Both the position numbers and the translations under genes were made by a program. Positions 59,472 through 64,000 of a stretch of DNA of 64,000 nt are shown here, in pieces. The stretch is from Candidatus Omnitrophota bacterium (GTDB lineage: Bacteria > Omnitrophota > Gorgyraeia > JAZDFF01). The number at the start of each line of letters is the position of its first letter. Within the stretch, counting starts at the first letter, position 1. Location of the stretch: the NCBI GenBank assembly GCA_043808095.1, contig JAZDFF010000011.1, positions 48,030 through 112,029 on the forward strand. Reading direction: 5' to 3'. Under the pieces are notes generated by a model. That model ran no database searches and was not told the origin of the DNA. It was given only the letters and a program-made list of their open reading frames with translations.

Positions 59472-60313
59472 TTCTTTTTCTTTCTAAACCTATAGCGTAT
59501 GATTATAGCGACTAAATTCATGAATAAAACGAGGGCCAAAAGCACAAAAGCGGTCCCGTATCTTATTTTTTCATCTACATTAGGCACCTGGGTTGAAATA
59601 ACATAGAGATGATACGGTAATGCCATTGCCTGATCAAATATGGACTTTGGAAGCCGCGGTAAATAAAATGCCGCTACGGTAAAAAGAATCGGCGCTGTTT
59701 CTCCTGCCGCCCTTCCTAAGCCCAGGATAGTCCCAGTTAATATTCCCGGTATGGCGTTAGGTAAAACAATATACCTGATAGTCTGCCACTTACTTGCCCC
59801 CAAAGATAAACTTACTTCCCGAAATGTTTGCGGAACACTTTCCAGGGCCTCGCGCGAAGTAGTTATGATAATAGGAAGTATCATAATACCCAAGGTAAGA
59901 GAACCTGAAAGAATCGATGCGCCAAATTTTAAGAATACTACAAAAAGCGCTAAGCCAAAAAGTCCGTAAACTACCGAAGGCACGCCTGCAAGATTAACGA
60001 TTGCTAATTTAATCAACCTATTAAGCAAGTTATCTTTTGAATACTCGCTTAGATATATTGCAGCCAGAAGGCCTATGGGTAAAGCAAATATAATCGCGCC
60101 TAAAACTAAATATATTGTTCCTACAATCGCGGGAAAGATTCCGCCAGAGCGCATCCCCTGACGAGGAATATCTGTAAGAAACTGCCAATTTATCGCCGGC
60201 AGGCCCTTCTGAATTATAATTACAATAATGATGCCTACTGGAACCACTATTAAGAGGGTTGCCAAGAATAGAAAGAAAAATGCGATATTTTGTGTTCTAT
60301 GTGGATTCCTCAT
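59465..60313 (-). CDS. pstA: Phosphate ABC transporter permease PstA
   Basis: GGIFPAIVGT, LAGVPSVVYGLFG, RAAGETAP. Confidence 0.92.
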   Translation of the reverse strand: MRNPHRTQNIAFFFLFLATLLIVVPVGIIIVIIIQKGLPAINWQFLTDIPRQGMRSGGIFPAIVGTIYLVLGAIIFALPIGLLAAIYLSEYSKDNLLNRLIKLAIVNLAGVPSVVYGLFGLALFVVFLKFGASILSGSLTLGIMILPIIITTSREALESVPQTFREVSLSLGASKWQTIRYIVLPNAIPGILTGTILGLGRAAGETAPILFTVAAFYLPRLPKSIFDQAMALPYHLYVISTQVPNVDEKIRYGTAFVLLALVLFMNLVAIIIRYRFRKKKKW

Positions 60314-61173
60314 TGTTTCTTATGCAAAAATAAATCTGCTGTTACGTTGATCGCAAAACTGATAACAAATAAAACTATACCTATAGCAAATAAAGCAAAA
60401 TAGTGCTCACTACCCACCACGGCCTCTCCCATTTCAGCGGCAATGGTAGCAGTCAAGGTCCTTACCGGCACTAAAATACTATTCGGGATAACCGCGGCAT
60501 TTCCGGTAATCATCATTACCGCCATTGTTTCACCTATTACCCTTCCGATTCCCAGCATTACTGCAGCAAGTATCCCGCTTGAAGCAGACGGTAACATTAC
60601 TCGCCATATCGTCTGCCAATGCGTTGCCCCTAACGCAAGTGCGCCTTCTTTATAATTTTTGGGAACAGAATAAAGCGCGTCTTCTGCAATTGAAACTATC
60701 GTTGGCATCGCCATAAAAGCCAGCATGATCGAACCTGATAAAGCAGTTAACCCCGTAGGCAGATGAAAAACTGTTTTTGCTAACGGCACGAGCGTAACCA
60801 TTCCGATAAAACCCAGTACTACACTCGGGATAGCAGCCAATAACTCAATACCTGCCTTAAGGATTTCTTTGATCTTTAGAGGAGCTATTTCGGCAATATA
60901 AATCGCGCAACCCACACCTATGGGGACTGAAATAATTGCCGCGCCCAAAGTAACAAGTAGTGAACCGAGAATTAAAGGAAGAATTCCTAACTGCGCTGGT
61001 TCCGAAATCGGATACCAGCTCTTCCCAAAAAGAAATTTAAAAGGGCTCACAGTCTTAAATACCGCAAGCCCTTCTTTTAAGAGAAACAAGAAAATCAGCG
61101 CTACAAAGAATATTGACGCTATGCCGCAAATCAATATAAGCTTTTCAATAATAAACTCTTTAAGTTTACGCAT
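60310..61173 (-). CDS. pstC: Phosphate ABC transporter permease PstC
   Basis: ELLAAIPSVV.G, GRVIGETMAV.M..GN. Confidence 0.92.
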   Translation of the reverse strand: MRKLKEFIIEKLILICGIASIFFVALIFLFLLKEGLAVFKTVSPFKFLFGKSWYPISEPAQLGILPLILGSLLVTLGAAIISVPIGVGCAIYIAEIAPLKIKEILKAGIELLAAIPSVVLGFIGMVTLVPLAKTVFHLPTGLTALSGSIMLAFMAMPTIVSIAEDALYSVPKNYKEGALALGATHWQTIWRVMLPSASSGILAAVMLGIGRVIGETMAVMMITGNAAVIPNSILVPVRTLTATIAAEMGEAVVGSEHYFALFAIGIVLFVISFAINVTADLFLHKKQ

Positions 61174-61268
61174 TGAGCCCCTAATTTTTCTTGTCGTGAC
61201 GAAATCACGCCGAGCGTGTCAAAATTATCTGGGATAATTTTGACACAGTTTGCGAGGCGGGGTATATT

Positions 61269-62123
61269 TTATTTACTGATCGGTACAAAATCGGTTGCCA
61301 AAACAATATCCTGACCTTCTTTAGAAAGTATAAATTCCACAAATTCCTTTACCAAACCTTGTGGCGCACCGTTTGTGTATATAAATAGCGGCCTGGAGAT
61401 TGGGTATTTTCCGTTTACGACATTCTCTATTGTTGGTGATTCATATTCTAACTTTTCATCTTTGGCAACAGAAACCGGTTTTTGTTTTGCCGAAATATAT
61501 CCCATTCCGTAATATCCTACTGCCGCAGAATTACCCGCCACTTCATCTGCGATAGCCTGTGAAGACGAGAGCATTAATGCGCTTGGAGCAAACTCTTCCT
61601 TGCTGTTAGGATCATTCTTTCTTAATACGTGCTCCTTAAAATAAACATGCGTTCCGGAGTTGACTTCTCTAGATAATATCACGATCTTCTCGTCCTTGCC
61701 ACCGACTTCTTTCCAGTTAGAAATTCTTCCGGTAAAAATATCAGCGAGCTGAGTTAAGGTAATCTTGCTAATAGGATTACCCGGGCTTACTACCACCGCA
61801 AGACCGTCTAACGCAACTTTTATTTCGTTTGGGTTTATGCCTTTCTGCTTGGCAATAGCAATCTCCTTTTCTTTGATATTTCTTGAACTCATAGCAATAT
61901 CGCAGCTGCCACTTATGAGACTGGAAAGCCCTGTACCGGAACCGCCGCCTGTGACTGCAACGAAATCAGTGGGATTCTTCTCCATATATTTCTCAGCCCA
62001 GGCCTGGCCTAGATTGACCATTGTATCCGAACCTTTGACCTGTATTGAGTTTTTATCTTTCGCCGCAAATGCGGAAGTGATAAATATGAACGCTACCAGA
62101 ACAAGTAACCATTTTTTAAACAT
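61269..62123 (-). CDS. pstS: Phosphate-binding protein PstS
   Basis: KGSDT, GGGSGTG, SRE.NSGT, YPISRPL. Confidence 0.92.
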   Translation of the reverse strand: MFKKWLLVLVAFIFITSAFAAKDKNSIQVKGSDTMVNLGQAWAEKYMEKNPTDFVAVTGGGSGTGLSSLISGSCDIAMSSRNIKEKEIAIAKQKGINPNEIKVALDGLAVVVSPGNPISKITLTQLADIFTGRISNWKEVGGKDEKIVILSREVNSGTHVYFKEHVLRKNDPNSKEEFAPSALMLSSSQAIADEVAGNSAAVGYYGMGYISAKQKPVSVAKDEKLEYESPTIENVVNGKYPISRPLFIYTNGAPQGLVKEFVEFILSKEGQDIVLATDFVPISK

Positions 62124-62160
62124 ATCTTCCTCCTTTTTGTTTATAGTATATTTTAACTAC

Positions 62161-62198
62161 ATTATATCTATATGAAGCTAATGTAAAATCTATGTAAA
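62161..62198 (-). promoter_or_regulatory. Pho-box-like direct repeats plus -10 upstream of pstS
   Basis: TTTACAT-N4-TTTACAT-N4-TTCATAT (11-bp period) then TATAAT. Confidence 0.7.
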
Positions 62199-62246
62199 AT
62201 CTTAGACCCTTCCCTAATAGGTATGGGTAAGGTCTATCCCTTAGGA

Positions 62247-62903
62247 TTAAAACGCTATTTTTAGCTTCGTACCTAATACATTAGTATCTACCCACTTCCC
62301 TGAGCTCTTGGTACTCTGCAACATATAATAAATTTCTGCTTTTAGATTCTTAGTTAAATTCATACCAAGCCCGGAAGAAAATCTGTTTTGGTTAAGTTCG
62401 CTAATCGTACTGAAACCAATGAAAATTTCATCCGCAAGATACGGCTGAATCTCCATCTTGGTAAACTTCCAAGGTAATTTTACTGTAGCCTTATTACGAT
62501 ACCTCCAAGAATCATCCTGATAGTCAAAATGGCGGTATTCCATGCGGTTACGATCCTCAAACTTAAATCCTTTTAAGTCCCAAAGTAAGGTTGCGGTTAC
62601 ATAGGGCTCGTTTTCCAGTTTAAATTCCCCTTTCTTTAATTCATAAACATGGCGGTACCCGCCTCCGATATTCAACCATTTTTGCAGATTATAGAAGAAC
62701 CCCACATCGTAGTGATGATAAAAAAATTCATGAGCATTATCTCCACAGCGAAATTCTTCCTCAAATGCTATTTTCGCATTCTTATTGACTTTGAATTCCT
62801 CTACATCTGTATTCCATACTTGAAAATCTCCGTCTTCGTAGGCATAAACTTTTGCTGTTAAAAGTAATACCAATCCGATTATTACAAAAATCACCTTCTT
62901 CAT
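62247..62903 (-). CDS. DUF2490-like outer-membrane beta-barrel protein
   Basis: Signal peptide, amphipathic strands, R.EYR...WRYRN, NQNR, C-terminal Phe. Confidence 0.75.
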   Translation of the reverse strand: MKKVIFVIIGLVLLLTAKVYAYEDGDFQVWNTDVEEFKVNKNAKIAFEEEFRCGDNAHEFFYHHYDVGFFYNLQKWLNIGGGYRHVYELKKGEFKLENEPYVTATLLWDLKGFKFEDRNRMEYRHFDYQDDSWRYRNKATVKLPWKFTKMEIQPYLADEIFIGFSTISELNQNRFSSGLGMNLTKNLKAEIYYMLQSTKSSGKWVDTNVLGTKLKIAF

Positions 62904-63028
62904 CTTCTCTCCTTTCAGAATGATTGCTTTCTTTCAATCCAAATAAAATGCACAATACATATAACAAACTAAACTCAATAAACATATCACCTCCCTTCTT
63001 TCAATTCTAAAAGAAGTATATAATGATG

Positions 63029-63068
63029 ATATTAAATCTGCTTCAAGGGTAAGTAAAATTTGGGTAAA
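63029..63068 (-). promoter_or_regulatory. Possible Pho-box array upstream of the beta-barrel gene
   Basis: TTTACCC/TTTACTT/TTGAAGC/TTAATAT at 11-bp period. Confidence 0.4.
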
Positions 63069-63088
63069 GCTTTCTGCGGTATTGTGGG

Positions 63089-64000
63089 TTACTTAGGAAG
63101 GATAAACCAAAACTTTGAACCAAATCCTTCGGTGCTTTCTACGCCGACGCTACCGCCGTGTAATTCGACGATATGCTTGACAATAGAAAGGCCGAGGCCA
63201 GTTCCGCCGAGTTCGCGCGAGCGCGCTTTGTCGACGCGATAAAAACGTTCAAATATACGAGATAGGTCTTTTATAGGAATACCAATCCCGGAATCTTCGA
63301 CTATAATCTTTATGCCACTATCGGAGTCTTGATTATAAATCTTTATAAAGCCATTGTCCTTATTAAACTTGATAGCATTATCGATTAAATTGGTAACAAC
63401 CTGTTCTATTTTTTCTTTATCTGCTTTAACTGATAAATCTTTAGGCAAATCATTCTGAATTTTGATTAGTTTTTTCTTCAATTGCGACCTAAAGCCGGCT
63501 AAAACCTCATCGGTCAGCTCTTTTGAATTTATTTGCTGTTTTGATAGTTTTATCTCTTTAGATTCAATATGCGACAGCGTAAGCAAATCGTTAATTAAAC
63601 TATGAAGCCGCTCGGCATGATCCTGAATTATCTTTAAAAAATGACGGCTATTCTCTTTATCTTCCGAGGCACCTTCCAATAAAGTTTCCACGAATCCTTT
63701 TATGGATGTAAGCGGCGTTTTTAACTCATGAGAGACATTAGCTACGAAATCACTACGCATGGTCTCTAAATTTCGTATCTGGGTTATATCATGAATAACC
63801 ACTAAACATCCTGTTACAGCATTGTTTTCAAAAATAGGTGTAGCATTAACCTCAAATATCCTGCGCATAGGATAAACCAGCGATAACTCGCTCGATATTG
63901 ACTTTCCCTTCTTCAAAACACTATTTATGATTTCCGAAATGTCGTTATTGCGTATCGACTCAAGAAAAACTTTGCCTTCTACGTCTTTCTTGGTAATGCC
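63089..64000 (-). CDS. phoR: PhoR-type PAS sensor histidine kinase (3' part; 5' end outside the window)
   Basis: DFVANVSHELKTPLTSIKG, NLIDNAIK, FERFYRVDKARSR..GGTGLGL. Confidence 0.9.
   Translation of the reverse strand, partial: GITKKDVEGKVFLESIRNNDISEIINSVLKKGKSISSELSLVYPMRRIFEVNATPIFENNAVTGCLVVIHDITQIRNLETMRSDFVANVSHELKTPLTSIKGFVETLLEGASEDKENSRHFLKIIQDHAERLHSLINDLLTLSHIESKEIKLSKQQINSKELTDEVLAGFRSQLKKKLIKIQNDLPKDLSVKADKEKIEQVVTNLIDNAIKFNKDNGFIKIYNQDSDSGIKIIVEDSGIGIPIKDLSRIFERFYRVDKARSRELGGTGLGLSIVKHIVELHGGSVGVESTEGFGSKFWFILPK

Noticed and set aside
62782-62985. 67-aa ORF with a good SD upstream of the beta-barrel gene
   Set aside because: It overlaps the barrel gene out of frame by ~120 nt and has no recognisable family; it cannot be supported without homology data.

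Overview
About 64 kb of an AT-rich bacterial chromosome, almost all coded on the minus strand. Gene content and intergenic repeat style suggest an uncultured anaerobe such as Ca. Omnitrophota (PVC group); that assignment is inference only. In order, the window holds: an ArsB/NhaD permease and CBS gene; dusB, a GAF-ANTAR regulator and glnA; an ~11 kb Rrf2-headed oxidative-stress/redox operon (FprA with an early TGA, rubredoxin, two rubrerythrin-type proteins, superoxide reductase, Grx/TrxR, NifU, VIT1, an hcp relic); permeases; an Rrf2-headed sulfur amino-acid and thiamine block (metY, cysK, metX, metW, thi4, thiM, thiE); Pit and DUF47; a 1024-aa elongation factor G fused behind a transmembrane helix, coiled coil and Pro/Glu linker (the top finding); STAS-PilZ; an isoprenoid operon; an accessory region (MNT-HEPN pair, arsenic cluster, recombinase-tail relics, a tRNA 3'-end att relic); a c-di-AMP-riboswitch-controlled kdp operon with apbE inserted between 16-bp direct repeats and a kinase-dead KdpD; and the pst-phoU-phoR locus with Pho boxes. 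Many intergenic gaps carry MITE/REP-like palindromic elements, and one family consistently abuts Shine-Dalgarno sites.
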